Assembly: GCA_044376115.1 (NCBI GenBank)
Contig: JBILLK010000001.1
Location: 160,001-224,000, forward strand
From: Polyangiaceae bacterium
GTDB taxonomy: Bacteria; Myxococcota_A; Polyangia; Polyangiales; Polyangiaceae
Direction of reading: 5' to 3'
DNA length: 64,000 nt
The translations under genes were made by a program, and so were the position numbers. The notes below the pieces were generated by a model that made no database searches, was not told the origin of the DNA, and saw only the letters and a program-made list of their open reading frames with translations. Below, piece by piece: positions 1-10,254 of this stretch (positions are counted from its first letter, which is position 1; each line of letters begins with the position of its first letter).

Positions 1-3
1 ACA

Positions 4-465
4 GTGGCGCTCAAGAGTATGCCGGTTGCAAACGTTTCTAAGGCAAAGCAGGGGGCCTCAGCCAACACGACAACTAAGCGGGTGGCAGCTGCAAAGCCCA
101 CAAAAGCCAGCAAGCCCGCTAAGGTCATGTCAGCTAAGCCCACCAAATCGGCTAAGCCCGCGAAAGCCCCTCGGCTCAGCGCCCCCAGCAAAGTCGCCAA
201 AGCCGCAAAATCGAGCGGTAAGGCTACAGCTTCAAAACGCATCCGGCGGTCCGACGACCAGATCGACTTGATGGCAAACGCTATTCACGACTACGTCGTC
301 GCGCACCCAGGCTCTGGGGCGGAGCAAATCAAGACCTCCCTGAAGATCTCGAAAGCCCAATGGCTGCTTCCCATCAAACGGTTGCAAGACCAAGGGCGTC
401 TCCTTGCCCGTGGAGAGAAGCGCAACACGACGTATACCTCTGCTCGCTCCCCCTCGAAAAGATAG
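4..465 (+). CDS. Histone H1-like, Lys/Ala-rich putative DNA-binding protein with a C-terminal winged-helix-like domain; may be 5'-truncated by the window edge
   Basis: N-terminal ~80 aa is low-complexity KPxK/AK repeats (AAKPTKASKPAK...SAKPTKSAKPAK). C-terminal RRSDDQI...HPGSGAEQI...LPIKRL...GEKRNTTY reads as helix-helix-helix-wing. The frame is open to position 1. Confidence 0.65.
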   Translation: MALKSMPVANVSKAKQGASANTTTKRVAAAKPTKASKPAKVMSAKPTKSAKPAKAPRLSAPSKVAKAAKSSGKATASKRIRRSDDQIDLMANAIHDYVVAHPGSGAEQIKTSLKISKAQWLLPIKRLQDQGRLLARGEKRNTTYTSARSPSKR

Positions 466-471
466 CGTTGG

Positions 472-1131
472 ATGGGACCGCGGGGAGTTGACGCGGTAGA
501 GGCCGAACGGGAGCAATTCATCGTCACCCAGACGGTGCTTGCTCCCGTTTCGCTTTTGCCAAACATATTGCTCTATCAAGCCACCTCTCTCTCCCCGCTT
601 TGGACAGAGTCCCAGGAGTTCCTCGATCGGAACGAGCTTGAGCCACCCTATTGGGCCTTTGCTTGGCCGGGCGGTATTGCACTGGCCCTTTACGTGCTGG
701 ACCATCCTGAAACCGTGCGGGGCAAAGCGGTAGTTGACTTCGGGAGTGGGAGCGGATTGGTAGCCATCGCCGCCGCGTTGGCAGGGGCTGCATCAGTTGT
801 TGCAGTGGACCGCGATCCGCTGGCCAGGACCGCGATTCGACTAAACGGTGGGCGGTATGGCGGAGTGATACGAGCAGCGGCGGAGCCGCCGCCGGTTCGC
901 CCAGGTGATTGTATGCTGGGAGGGGACTTGTTCTATGAAGCCGAAGCCGCGCGGAAGTTCTCGGAGTGGTTCCGAGCTCTCGCTGAGTCGGGAGCTACCG
1001 TGCTCGTTGGGGATCCTGGTAGGGCCTACGTCCCACTCGACTTTCGATGCGTAAAAGAGCTTGAAGTGCCAACGTTGCCCGATCTCGAGTCACGGGACCG
1101 CATGGTTGCGCGAGTGCTTACTCCGCCATGA
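472..1131 (+). CDS. Class I SAM-dependent methyltransferase, protein-lysine methyltransferase type (ETFBKMT/METTL20/PrmA-like)
   Basis: PPYWAFAWPGGIALA motif, motif I VVDFGSGSG, acidic VDRDP, and GDLFYE. Confidence 0.85.
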   Translation: MGPRGVDAVEAEREQFIVTQTVLAPVSLLPNILLYQATSLSPLWTESQEFLDRNELEPPYWAFAWPGGIALALYVLDHPETVRGKAVVDFGSGSGLVAIAAALAGAASVVAVDRDPLARTAIRLNGGRYGGVIRAAAEPPPVRPGDCMLGGDLFYEAEAARKFSEWFRALAESGATVLVGDPGRAYVPLDFRCVKELEVPTLPDLESRDRMVARVLTPP

Positions 1132-2194
1132 GCCCTAGCGTCTCCGACGATTCACCGATTGCCTCGACGGAGACCAGCTCAACGAGGTGCGGAAGTGGAG
1201 ACGTCTGTTTCCAGATGGCGCTCTCCCAGTCATTGAAGAGCACTTGTGCAGGAGCCACCCCAGGTTTCAGCTTCAGAGTTATGCGATAGCGCTTGAGCTG
1301 AAGCCCGGTAGCAGTGGGACTCAGTCGCGTAACGGTCAACGCAGGCTGCTCCTTGGCTGGTACACGGTACTCAAAGAAGTTCGACTCGAAGACCTTCTCA
1401 CGCCCTTGTACTGACCAACGCCACCCGACCAAATTTTCGGCCTTACCTTCCCTTGTCTGACGCTTCTCGACTACCTGAAGAAACGTCGTTTCGTCGTCGA
1501 ATCTGGCAAGACCAAACCCCGTCGACGTGTTGAAGGCATCGAGTAGAGGTAGCTTTGCAATGAAGCGCGGGCTGCGACCCTCAATCTGGTAAAGCTCGCG
1601 CTCCGCCAGCGGGATGCTAGTCGGTTGCGTTTGCGGTGGCTCTTCACCTGGCGTTGGCTCCGGCACCGGACCGAAGTCGGTATCTCGATCCGACCGCTCC
1701 AATGCCACTCGAGTTGCTAGCGCAGTCTCGTCCGCTAAGCGCCACTCCACGAGAGCGAAGCGACCATTCATAAGCTGGCGTGTCATTACGCGGTCCGTCT
1801 CCCGCTCATACGGAGCGCGCACGCGGTCCCACGGCGCGGATGTAGCCGGCTCCGGAAACGTGTCCCGTTCGCTCACGACTCCGCCAGGGACGAGCCCAGC
1901 CAGGACGGTAGCTTCATATCGGCTCAGCAACGGTCCACAGGAGACAACGCCTCCTTTCGTCTGCGGCGCGAGCCCTGTCTGCGAACAAATACTCTCGAGT
2001 AAGGGGGCATCGGCTTGTGGCGCACTGACCTCGAATGAGAGCAAGGTCGACAGCATCGTTGACTGCTCACGCTTGCCCGCGCCGCTGGCTTCGGCCAGGC
2101 CCCTCCCCGTTTGGGCCTGCTCGCTTCCGCCACAGGCCAGAAGCACTAGGCTGCACCAGGCGGACGCCAATTCTCGTGCACCGAGGCAAAGCAT
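1118..2194 (-). CDS. Hypothetical protein, probable lipoprotein
   Basis: 358-aa ORF with lipobox-like VLLA-C-GG near the N-terminus. No family recognised; exact start uncertain. Confidence 0.55.
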   Translation of the reverse strand: MLCLGARELASAWCSLVLLACGGSEQAQTGRGLAEASGAGKREQSTMLSTLLSFEVSAPQADAPLLESICSQTGLAPQTKGGVVSCGPLLSRYEATVLAGLVPGGVVSERDTFPEPATSAPWDRVRAPYERETDRVMTRQLMNGRFALVEWRLADETALATRVALERSDRDTDFGPVPEPTPGEEPPQTQPTSIPLAERELYQIEGRSPRFIAKLPLLDAFNTSTGFGLARFDDETTFLQVVEKRQTREGKAENLVGWRWSVQGREKVFESNFFEYRVPAKEQPALTVTRLSPTATGLQLKRYRITLKLKPGVAPAQVLFNDWESAIWKQTSPLPHLVELVSVEAIGESSETLGLMAE

Positions 2195-2303
2195 CGGCCA
2201 AGTGTTACATGCGCGCGGAAGTTACCCAACAATTCGACCTCCGCTCCCAATCAAGCCGGCAGCGCACGTCCAGCTCGACGGGCCCCGAGGCATCGTCTAA
2301 ACC

Positions 2304-3191
2304 ATGAGCGTGCCGGGCCCTCCGCTGCTTGACCCTGCTAGCGTCCGCGAGCTCGAAGCGTTGCGTCGGCGACTGGAGGTTCGCGCGCGATCAGGTCAAG
2401 GAGGAGACCACCTCTCAAAGCGCAGGGGCTCCAGCGTCGAATTCAGAGAGCACCGAACGTACGAACCGGGGGACGATCTGCGGCGCATCGACTGGGGGGC
2501 TTACGCCCGCACCGGCGAGCCGATGATCAAAGTGTTTCGGTCAGAGGAAGACGTCGTCGTGCGCTTCCTCTGCGACGCCTCTGCTTCGATGAGCTTTGGG
2601 GAACCCTCGAAGCTCGAATTTGCACAGCGTTTCGCCGCAGCGGTTGGCTACATGGTTCTGGCACGCAGTGAACGTGCCCAAGTTCTCTCCGCCGCGGATG
2701 GGCTCGTTTCGATGCGAGCACCAAACAAAGGGCGAGCGGGCTTGCCTGGATTCTTGAGTTCGCTCGAGCAACTCAAGCCAAACGGAGAAACGAATCTTTC
2801 AAAGGCAATTGATGACACACTAAAGCGCAGTCCAAGACCTGGTCTGCTGATCGTCATCAGCGACTTCTTTGACCCTTCGCCCGTCATACAAAGCCTCAAG
2901 CAAGCCGTTTTCGCCGGGCATCAGGTATCCATTCTGCAAGTGCTCACTCGAGAGGAGCTCGAGCCCAATTATGAAGGAGACCTCGCGCTCGTCGATGCAG
3001 AGACCGGCGCCGAGATCGAGGTCACTATGGATGTTGGTGCTTTGGAGGCCTATCGACGCAGACTGCAAAGTCTGAGCGACACACTAGCGGACTTCGCTCG
3101 AAAGCACCGAGCAAGCTACGGACAACACTCAACGAGCGACAGCATAGTTGAAGCCGTCCGGGGCTATGTTGAGAGAGGAGCTCGACCTTGA
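2304..3191 (+). CDS. DUF58 family protein (MoxR-associated, vWA-like)
   Basis: GSSVEFREHRTYEPGDDLRRIDW signature, DASASM MIDAS-like motif, IVISDF. Confidence 0.92.
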   Translation: MSVPGPPLLDPASVRELEALRRRLEVRARSGQGGDHLSKRRGSSVEFREHRTYEPGDDLRRIDWGAYARTGEPMIKVFRSEEDVVVRFLCDASASMSFGEPSKLEFAQRFAAAVGYMVLARSERAQVLSAADGLVSMRAPNKGRAGLPGFLSSLEQLKPNGETNLSKAIDDTLKRSPRPGLLIVISDFFDPSPVIQSLKQAVFAGHQVSILQVLTREELEPNYEGDLALVDAETGAEIEVTMDVGALEAYRRRLQSLSDTLADFARKHRASYGQHSTSDSIVEAVRGYVERGARP

Positions 3192-5137
3192 GTTCGCTAG
3201 CGCTGACCTCCAGGGCTGGCCTGCTCCTGCTACTTCTGGCTGTACCGCTGATTGTCCTGTACATCTTGCGGGTCCGGCGCCGGAAGGTCAGCGTCGGCTC
3301 AACCTGGCTTTGGGCGGCGGCTCAACGTGACTTGATGGCCAAGTCGCCATTCAAGCGGCTCTTGCTCCAAGTACCGCTATTGCTGCAACTTGCGCTCCTC
3401 GCCGCGCTCGCCATTGCGTTGGCCAAACCCGCTAGGCTTGCTGAAGGCGCGTTTGGTGAACATATCGCAGTCGTCATTGATGTAAGCGCGTCGATGTCGA
3501 CCCAGCAGGCAGGAGACGCCGCCACTCGACTCGCGAGCGCAAAGGCGGCTGCACTCGAGCTGGTCAATGGGTTGGCGCCCGGCGCGCAAATCATGATTGT
3601 AGAGGCGGCGCACGAGCCGAGAATTGCCTCCCCTTTGGACAGGGACCGCGCTCGCGTCGATAGGGCGATTCGCAACGTTGAGCAGCAAGAGGTGGTGGGC
3701 AATCTCTCTGGGGCTATCGCGTTGGCGGTGGACCGACTCAAAGAGTTCGAGGACGGCCGTGTCGTGGTGTTCACCGACGGTTACTTGGCTGAGCCACCAG
3801 AGCTTGCAAAAGCCAAAACTCCGATTGAGTTCATCCTTGTTGGAAAGCCTGAGAACAATACTGCAATCGTGCGGGTCGACGCGCGCGTTTACGCCGAAGC
3901 CAATAGAGACCTCACCGAGGTCTTTGTCCTATTAGCCAACTACGGCACCGAGAGTCGCGAAGCGTTTGTTACCGTCCGAATGGATGGCGAGGAATCTCCG
4001 CGCGACTCGCGCCGCCTCATGCTACCGCCCGGAGATCGCACGCCAGTGGTGCTGGTCTTTGAGGCGAGCCCAGCAGAAGCTGGGCGCGCACTGGTGGTCG
4101 ACGTCTCTCCGCACGATGCAATGCCAGTGGATGACGTTGTGTTTTCCAAGGTGCCCTTTGGTGAGGAACTCGAAGTTTGGTACCTCACGAAGGCGCCGAC
4201 AGAAGAAAGCATCTGGGCCATCCGCGCCTTCTCCGCTGACCCGAAGGTTCGACTGAAGAAGGGCGTATTGGGGTCCAACGACCAAAGCATTCCCTCAGAC
4301 GCTTTGGTTATCGTGGATGGCGCTTGCCCGCCTGCGGACTTTCCAGGCGGTGACCTATTGGTGCTCAACCCCGGACCAGGCCCGTGTTTGGGGCTGAACG
4401 CGAAGCCTCCGGTGAAAGAGCCCGTGATCACCTCTTGGGAGACGGGTGATGCGCGGTTGCGCTTCGTTTCGCTCGATCGCCTCCACATCTCGGAAGCGAC
4501 ACCGCTGGAGGGCGGCGCCCACATTACGGAACTCGCAAGAGCTGACGACAATGTCATTATCCGCGACGCCTCCACGCCGGGGAGGTCCGCAACCGTCGTT
4601 GGCTTCAACGTTGGTGAGTCTGATTGGCCGTTAAAGGCCTCTTGGGTGCTCTTCTGTCGAAACATCGCCGAACAGGCCCGGATTCACCGAACCGCGAGCA
4701 CGAGTACGACGCTGGTCGCTGGCGAACCACTTCGAGTTAGCGTGCCTGGGGGAACCGTCACCGTCGAAGCAAAGGGTCCCACCGGTGAAGCGTTGGACGT
4801 TTCACTCCGAAGTGGGCTAGCCGTGATTCCTCGCTCGGGCAAGGTTGGACTCTACAGACTCGCCTATTCGGGACGGATGGCGGGAACGTTGGCTATACCC
4901 CTTAACCTCACGAGCGAGACAGAGTCTAATCTCGGCGCGCTGGCCAACATCCCCACCTCGGACCAGGTCTCGACCCGAACGAGCGACGATGCGCCCAAAC
5001 GCTTCCTGGAGTTTGGCTGGCTCTTGGCGGCATTGGGTCTCGTGATTCTGCTGTTCGAGCTCTGGTACCACACCCGCAACGCACAACCCGTTGGGGATAA
5101 GGTGACTCTTCCAACAGGCAAAGTGCAGGTCCGATGA
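3188..5137 (+). CDS. BatA N-terminal and vWA domain membrane protein
   Basis: N-terminal double-TM BatA-like segment (PLIVLYILR...STWLW...LLQLALLAALAIALAKP), MIDAS DVSASM, VFTDG, C-terminal TM. 4-nt overlap with the DUF58 gene. Confidence 0.88.
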   Translation: MSSLALTSRAGLLLLLLAVPLIVLYILRVRRRKVSVGSTWLWAAAQRDLMAKSPFKRLLLQVPLLLQLALLAALAIALAKPARLAEGAFGEHIAVVIDVSASMSTQQAGDAATRLASAKAAALELVNGLAPGAQIMIVEAAHEPRIASPLDRDRARVDRAIRNVEQQEVVGNLSGAIALAVDRLKEFEDGRVVVFTDGYLAEPPELAKAKTPIEFILVGKPENNTAIVRVDARVYAEANRDLTEVFVLLANYGTESREAFVTVRMDGEESPRDSRRLMLPPGDRTPVVLVFEASPAEAGRALVVDVSPHDAMPVDDVVFSKVPFGEELEVWYLTKAPTEESIWAIRAFSADPKVRLKKGVLGSNDQSIPSDALVIVDGACPPADFPGGDLLVLNPGPGPCLGLNAKPPVKEPVITSWETGDARLRFVSLDRLHISEATPLEGGAHITELARADDNVIIRDASTPGRSATVVGFNVGESDWPLKASWVLFCRNIAEQARIHRTASTSTTLVAGEPLRVSVPGGTVTVEAKGPTGEALDVSLRSGLAVIPRSGKVGLYRLAYSGRMAGTLAIPLNLTSETESNLGALANIPTSDQVSTRTSDDAPKRFLEFGWLLAALGLVILLFELWYHTRNAQPVGDKVTLPTGKVQVR

Positions 5138-8100
5138 ACCTTGCGCTGACGCTCATTCCCGCGCTGGTGACGCTTGCGATCACAGCCGTTCTTTGCGCAA
5201 AGAAGCACAAGGAGCTGCGCAAGCGATGGGCCTTCATACTCGGGATATGCGTTGGCTTTCTCCCAGGTTTGTATGTCAGCCTGGTTTCGGTCGGGCTCTT
5301 GTCAGAAGCGTATGTGCGAATTCATAAGCCTGCGCTAGCTGCAGTGTCCCTGGGTGCAATGGCTGCGGTCTCGGGGTTGGCCGTCAGGGGCAAATCTAGC
5401 CCACAGCGAGCCCGCCAACTGGCCATCGATCTATCGCTTGTCATCCTCGCACTTTCACTCTCCTTTGCCGTAATGGGAATGGAGGTTGGGCAGCCCATTG
5501 ACCGTTTGACCGTCATTGTTGCTATCGACCGCAGCCGCTCGGTGGACCTAGTCCCGGGAGCAGCTGATCGTGTGCAGAACGAGCTGCTCAAGGTTGAAGC
5601 GTCAATGCGCGACGATGACGAGTTGGGAGTCGTGGCTTTTGGAGTGGCTGCAACGACCGAACAGACTCCCCGAACGAAGAGCGAACCGAAGTCCGCGCAG
5701 GAAGCAATGGTAGCCCGCGATGGGACCGATTTGGATTCAGCCATTCGTCGAGCGCTCTCGGAGGTTCCAGCGGACTCTGGTGCCCGAATCGTGGTGATAA
5801 GCGACGGCGTTGCCACCCGAGGAGATGTGATGGCTGGTGCGGCAGCCGCGCTCGCCGCACAGATCCCGGTCGACGTCATTCCGCTCTTGCAGGAAGAGAA
5901 CAAGGAGCTCCGCGTCGTAAGCGTTCGAGCGCCTACACAGGGCAATACTGGTGAGGCTGTGGACCTCGCCGTGGTGACTCGCGCGAGTGAGGAAACAGTG
6001 GCTGAGATCCGCATCAAGCGCGACGGCCAATTGATTCGGCGTGGAGAGGTCACAATCCAGAAGGGGGAAGATGTCCTTCGGGTGCGCGAGAAGCTGGGCG
6101 ACGCCGGTCTACATCGATACGACGTTGAGGTATCAGCCAAAACCACCACAGCGGATACGACCCCCGAAGACAACGCCGGTGCTACCTTTGTACGCGTCCG
6201 TGGACGTGCCTCGGCACTGATTATCGAAGGGGATGGCCGGGACGCCGCGGCTTTTCTAGAGAACGCTCTCTCGAAGGCCGACATCGATGTTGACGTCGTT
6301 GGGCCGGGCGCAGTTCCAGCCGACCTCGGCGCCTTCGCGGCTTATGACCTCGTCATCCTGAGTGATATCCCGGCTGCTGTAATGTCACCTACTCAGCTGA
6401 ACGCGCTCGCGACCTACGTCCGGGAGTTTGGCGGAGGACTACTGCTATTAGGCGGTGATCGTGGCCTCGGTCCAGGCGGTTACGGCAAGACCCCAATCGA
6501 GGAAGTCTCGCCTGTCTCCTTCGACCTCAAACAGGACCAGCGCAGGGCCAGCCTTGCGCAGGTCATCGCGATCGACATCTCCGGTTCCATGGCGGCAGAG
6601 GTCAACGGGAAGACCAAGCTTGAGTTAGCGAACGAGGCTGCCTCGCGGTCAGCGGAGCTGCTCGGATTGAACGATCGACTTGGCGTCGAGCACGTCGACA
6701 CGAAGGTCTATTGGACCGTCCCGCTTGCACCGGTCGTGGACGCCGCCAAGGTGGGCAACGCCATTCGCTCGATGCCAGTGGGAGGCGGGGGAATCCTCGT
6801 TCCGATTACGCTCACCGAAGGTTACGCAGCCCTTCGAAGCGAAAAGACCAATATCAAGCACCTGCTGCTGTTTGCTGACGGGGCGGATGCGGAGGACATG
6901 GGGCCTGCCAAGCCGCTAACCGCCGCAGCACTGGTTGATGGCATAACGACGAGCGTCGTCTCGCTTGGGCAGGGCAAGGATGTGCCGGACCTCGAGGAGT
7001 TGTCGCGACTTGGCAAAGGTAGATTTTACCTTATTGAGGATGCGTCGAGACTGCCTGCTGTGTTCGCGCAGGAGACCATTCTCGCAGCGCGCAGCGCACT
7101 CTACGAGGAGCCGTTCCAACCGGCTCTGCGCGCGCCAGGGGCGGCAGCGGCGGGGCTCACGTTTGACGACGCCCCCGAACTACTCGGTTATGTCGTGACC
7201 CTTCCGAAGCCACGGGCAACCATTCACCTATCAGGGCCCGAGGAGGATCCTATCCTAGCTACTTGGTCGGTTGGCGTCGGGCGGGCTGGCGTCTTCACCA
7301 GCGACTTCAAGTCGCGCTGGGGATTGGCCTGGACCGAGTGGCCCACGGCAGCAAAACTGGTGGTTCAGTTGAGCCGAGATTTGCTACGCCGCGCCGAGGA
7401 TCAGAAGGTCCGCACCGAGGCCACTGTCTCCAACGGGCAGCTGCATGTGCGAACGACGGTGCTCAGCAGTGACGGCAGAGCAGCAAACTTTCGGCGGGTA
7501 CAGATGAAGGTCATCGGCCCCGATGGCTTTGAGAAGGTTGCTGCCTTGGAAGCCAGCGGAGCTGGTTCGTACACCTCGGACCTACCAGTCGACAGGCCGG
7601 GTAATTACGTAATCATCGCCAGCGATGCGCTCACCGGGGAGCTGCTCGGCACCACTGGCGCGGTCATGTCACGCGGTGAGGAGCTTAGAGTGACTGGGTC
7701 GGATGTAGCCATTCTCGAGCGACTAGCCGACTTTAGCGGGGGAAAGAAGCTCGAGTCACTTGAGGGCATTTTTGATGACCGGCCAAAACTCCGATTTGCC
7801 TATAGGGATATTCAGAGCCGCCTAATCGTCATTGCCGCGCTCGCGCTACTAGTGATGGTAGCAAGCCGCAAGCTTGGCATGCCCAAGGCGCTAGCGGACT
7901 TTCTTCGAGGCAAGCGAACGCTCCAACCTGTCCCGAGTGAGCCGGATGTCAAACGAACCCAGCCGGCCATGTTGGAGGTGTTGCGCAGTGCAAAACAAAA
8001 GGCAACGATACGTGACGCTAGGCCACCATCGGATTCACCGAAGGCCGCGGCAAACGAAGCGCAGCCCGAGCGTGCCCCGGTTGAAGCAGCACCCGTACGG

Positions 8101-8292
8101 CCACGTCCGACGAGACTCGTAGGGATGCACCCGATCGCACAAAGAGGCCCTACGAATGCAGCAGCACAACCGCCGTCACAACCCAGCGTAAGTCCTGCGC
8201 CCGTCCCCAAAAGCTCCAGCGAGACGGGAGAGAGACAGCTGTCCGCGGCTGAGCGGCTAGCCGCAAAGAAGCGGGAGAACAGGCGTAGCTAG
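5134..8292 (+). CDS. Membrane protein with two vWA domains flanking a glutamine-amidotransferase-like domain
   Basis: Four N-terminal TM segments; DRSRS and DISGS MIDAS motifs; YDLVILSD...YVREFGGGLLLLGG...GGYGKTPIE GATase-like segment; C-terminal TM and Pro-rich tail. ATGA overlap with the upstream gene. Confidence 0.88.
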   Translation: MNLALTLIPALVTLAITAVLCAKKHKELRKRWAFILGICVGFLPGLYVSLVSVGLLSEAYVRIHKPALAAVSLGAMAAVSGLAVRGKSSPQRARQLAIDLSLVILALSLSFAVMGMEVGQPIDRLTVIVAIDRSRSVDLVPGAADRVQNELLKVEASMRDDDELGVVAFGVAATTEQTPRTKSEPKSAQEAMVARDGTDLDSAIRRALSEVPADSGARIVVISDGVATRGDVMAGAAAALAAQIPVDVIPLLQEENKELRVVSVRAPTQGNTGEAVDLAVVTRASEETVAEIRIKRDGQLIRRGEVTIQKGEDVLRVREKLGDAGLHRYDVEVSAKTTTADTTPEDNAGATFVRVRGRASALIIEGDGRDAAAFLENALSKADIDVDVVGPGAVPADLGAFAAYDLVILSDIPAAVMSPTQLNALATYVREFGGGLLLLGGDRGLGPGGYGKTPIEEVSPVSFDLKQDQRRASLAQVIAIDISGSMAAEVNGKTKLELANEAASRSAELLGLNDRLGVEHVDTKVYWTVPLAPVVDAAKVGNAIRSMPVGGGGILVPITLTEGYAALRSEKTNIKHLLLFADGADAEDMGPAKPLTAAALVDGITTSVVSLGQGKDVPDLEELSRLGKGRFYLIEDASRLPAVFAQETILAARSALYEEPFQPALRAPGAAAAGLTFDDAPELLGYVVTLPKPRATIHLSGPEEDPILATWSVGVGRAGVFTSDFKSRWGLAWTEWPTAAKLVVQLSRDLLRRAEDQKVRTEATVSNGQLHVRTTVLSSDGRAANFRRVQMKVIGPDGFEKVAALEASGAGSYTSDLPVDRPGNYVIIASDALTGELLGTTGAVMSRGEELRVTGSDVAILERLADFSGGKKLESLEGIFDDRPKLRFAYRDIQSRLIVIAALALLVMVASRKLGMPKALADFLRGKRTLQPVPSEPDVKRTQPAMLEVLRSAKQKATIRDARPPSDSPKAAANEAQPERAPVEAAPVRPRPTRLVGMHPIAQRGPTNAAAQPPSQPSVSPAPVPKSSSETGERQLSAAERLAAKKRENRRS

Positions 8293-10225
8293 CCTCGCTC
8301 ACGCCGATTCTCTCGCGCGAGAACTGCCATCCAAACAAGCGCACTTGCCATCCCTACAAAGGTCCCAAACGAGACCAAGGGGACCGCCCAAGCTGGGTAT
8401 CGGATAGCGACCCCTCCTGCCGTCAGCACAATGGCAGCGGCTCCTCGCATGGACCAACGCATCAGCGCCGTAGCACCATGAATGAGGAACCCGAGACCCG
8501 CGAGGCCACTGCTCATTAACAATAGGGTAAAGGGAGCGGCTTGTTCAGGCAGAAGCCCCGAGAGCGCTGAAAAAAGATCAACCGCAGTTGTCCCGAACAG
8601 CATCAAAAAAGCGCCTGTCACCATCTCTCGTCCGCGACGATTAACCAATAGGGACCGTCTCTGCCAAGCGACGCCAATGGTGATGAGACTCACGCTGATG
8701 AGGTCATACGCGACGACCTTCCACATGCTGAGTTCCTCGAGCCGATGAAAGCCTCCGAGGATGACGAGCGTACTGAAACCCAATAACGCGACCAGAAAGA
8801 CCAGGCCCCGAAAGGATGGGGCAACCTCAGCCTCCAACCGCTCCTTGCGGCCGAGATCCACAAGCTGCGCCTTCTCCTCGAGGCTCCTTCTACACTCGCG
8901 GACGCTCGTCTCAAGCTGGCCGTCGACGTTGGTGAGGTCGGCTAGTTCTTGCAATGCGAGAGCTGCATCCTCTGGTCGTTCGCGGAGAATCTCCGTGCGA
9001 ACGAGCATGTTCAAGACCTGGATCTGCAGCTCAATCGCGGCGCGGTTCTGAGTCCACTCGCGCAGTAGAGGAAGCAATGCATACCTGGCTTCAACCAGGT
9101 TTCGCCAGTTGCTTGGGTCGGGCGGCGACGCCAAAGTCGGACCAACCCGATGCCCGATATCAGCGGTTAACTTCGCCAACGCTTGATGGCGCAAGATCGT
9201 AGCCATCGTGTCGTGCATGGCGGCGGCCGAGGCTGGGCGCTGCTGCGGGTCACGTTGGGTTGCGCTGTTGCATAACGCGGCGAGTTCCGGCTGAACGGTA
9301 GATGCGTATTGAACCGGCCTGGAGTGCAGCGCAGCGTCAAAGACCTCGGCGAGCGTGCTACCCACGTGTCGCTGCGTATTGGTGAGCGCGGCGTGAAGGG
9401 TAGCACCAAGCAGATACACATCTGTCCGTGCGTCCACCGGACCCACTTCTGGGTCAAGCATCTCGGGCGCAAGGAAGCCTGGAGTACCAACGATCTCACT
9501 GGTCGGTTGGCCAATGCGGTGAGCAATCCCCCAGTCCAGGAGATAGACCTCCCCGAACAGGCCAACCATTACATTCTCGGGCTTTACGTCCCGGTGAACG
9601 ATGCCCTTCGTGTGGGCAAATTGTAACGCGTCGGCTACTCGCATAAGCACCTCCAAGAGGGCTCCATCGCGATCGCCGTGACGTTCCACGAGAGTCGGCC
9701 ACGCGGGGTGGTCCTCTTGTTCGATCAACGTGCCAACGTTTGTCCTTCGATCCGCTTCATGACCAACACCGGACAGCCGTCTGAATCAACGCCGAGGACA
9801 TGGATCGGCACGATGTGTGGGTGCTCGAGATTGCCGGCGACGCGCGCCTCCTTGAGCAGCGCGTTGGTGGTTAGTGGATCGCCACCAATGCGCGGGACTT
9901 TCACGGCGACTTCGCGTTCAAGCGAGCGCTGGAAAGCGACCCATACGGCGCCCATGCCGCCCTGCCCCAAAAGACTGGCTAGCTCGAGTTCGGCCTCCTC
10001 GACGTTCGCTGGAGAGCGCCCCAGCGAAACGACTGGAAGTCGGCTCGTTTGCGGGAGGGTTGCCGAGTAATCAACATTGCTTGGGCGGATTGTCGCGCCA
10101 GAAACAAAGGAAGCGCTCGCCCCGTGCTCAACGCTCGCGGCTATGGTCTTCGCCAGTGATGCCAGGTCCACGGTCACTGCAGTAGCTTCTGTGGGCACTG
10201 CCAACACCGCAATGATTTTCGCCAA
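8289..10225 (-). pseudogene. Membrane Ser/Thr protein kinase split by a 1-nt frameshift near 9725-9739 (pseudogene or sequencing error)
   Basis: ORF 9725..10225 holds the N-lobe (LGQGGMGAVW, VAVK, EARV, LEHPHIVPIH). ORF 8289..9728 holds HRDVKPEN, DWG, GTPGFLAPE and about six C-terminal TM helices, in a different frame. Confidence 0.85.
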
Positions 10226-10254
10226 ACGGAAGCTGCGTGCGATACTGCGGAAGC

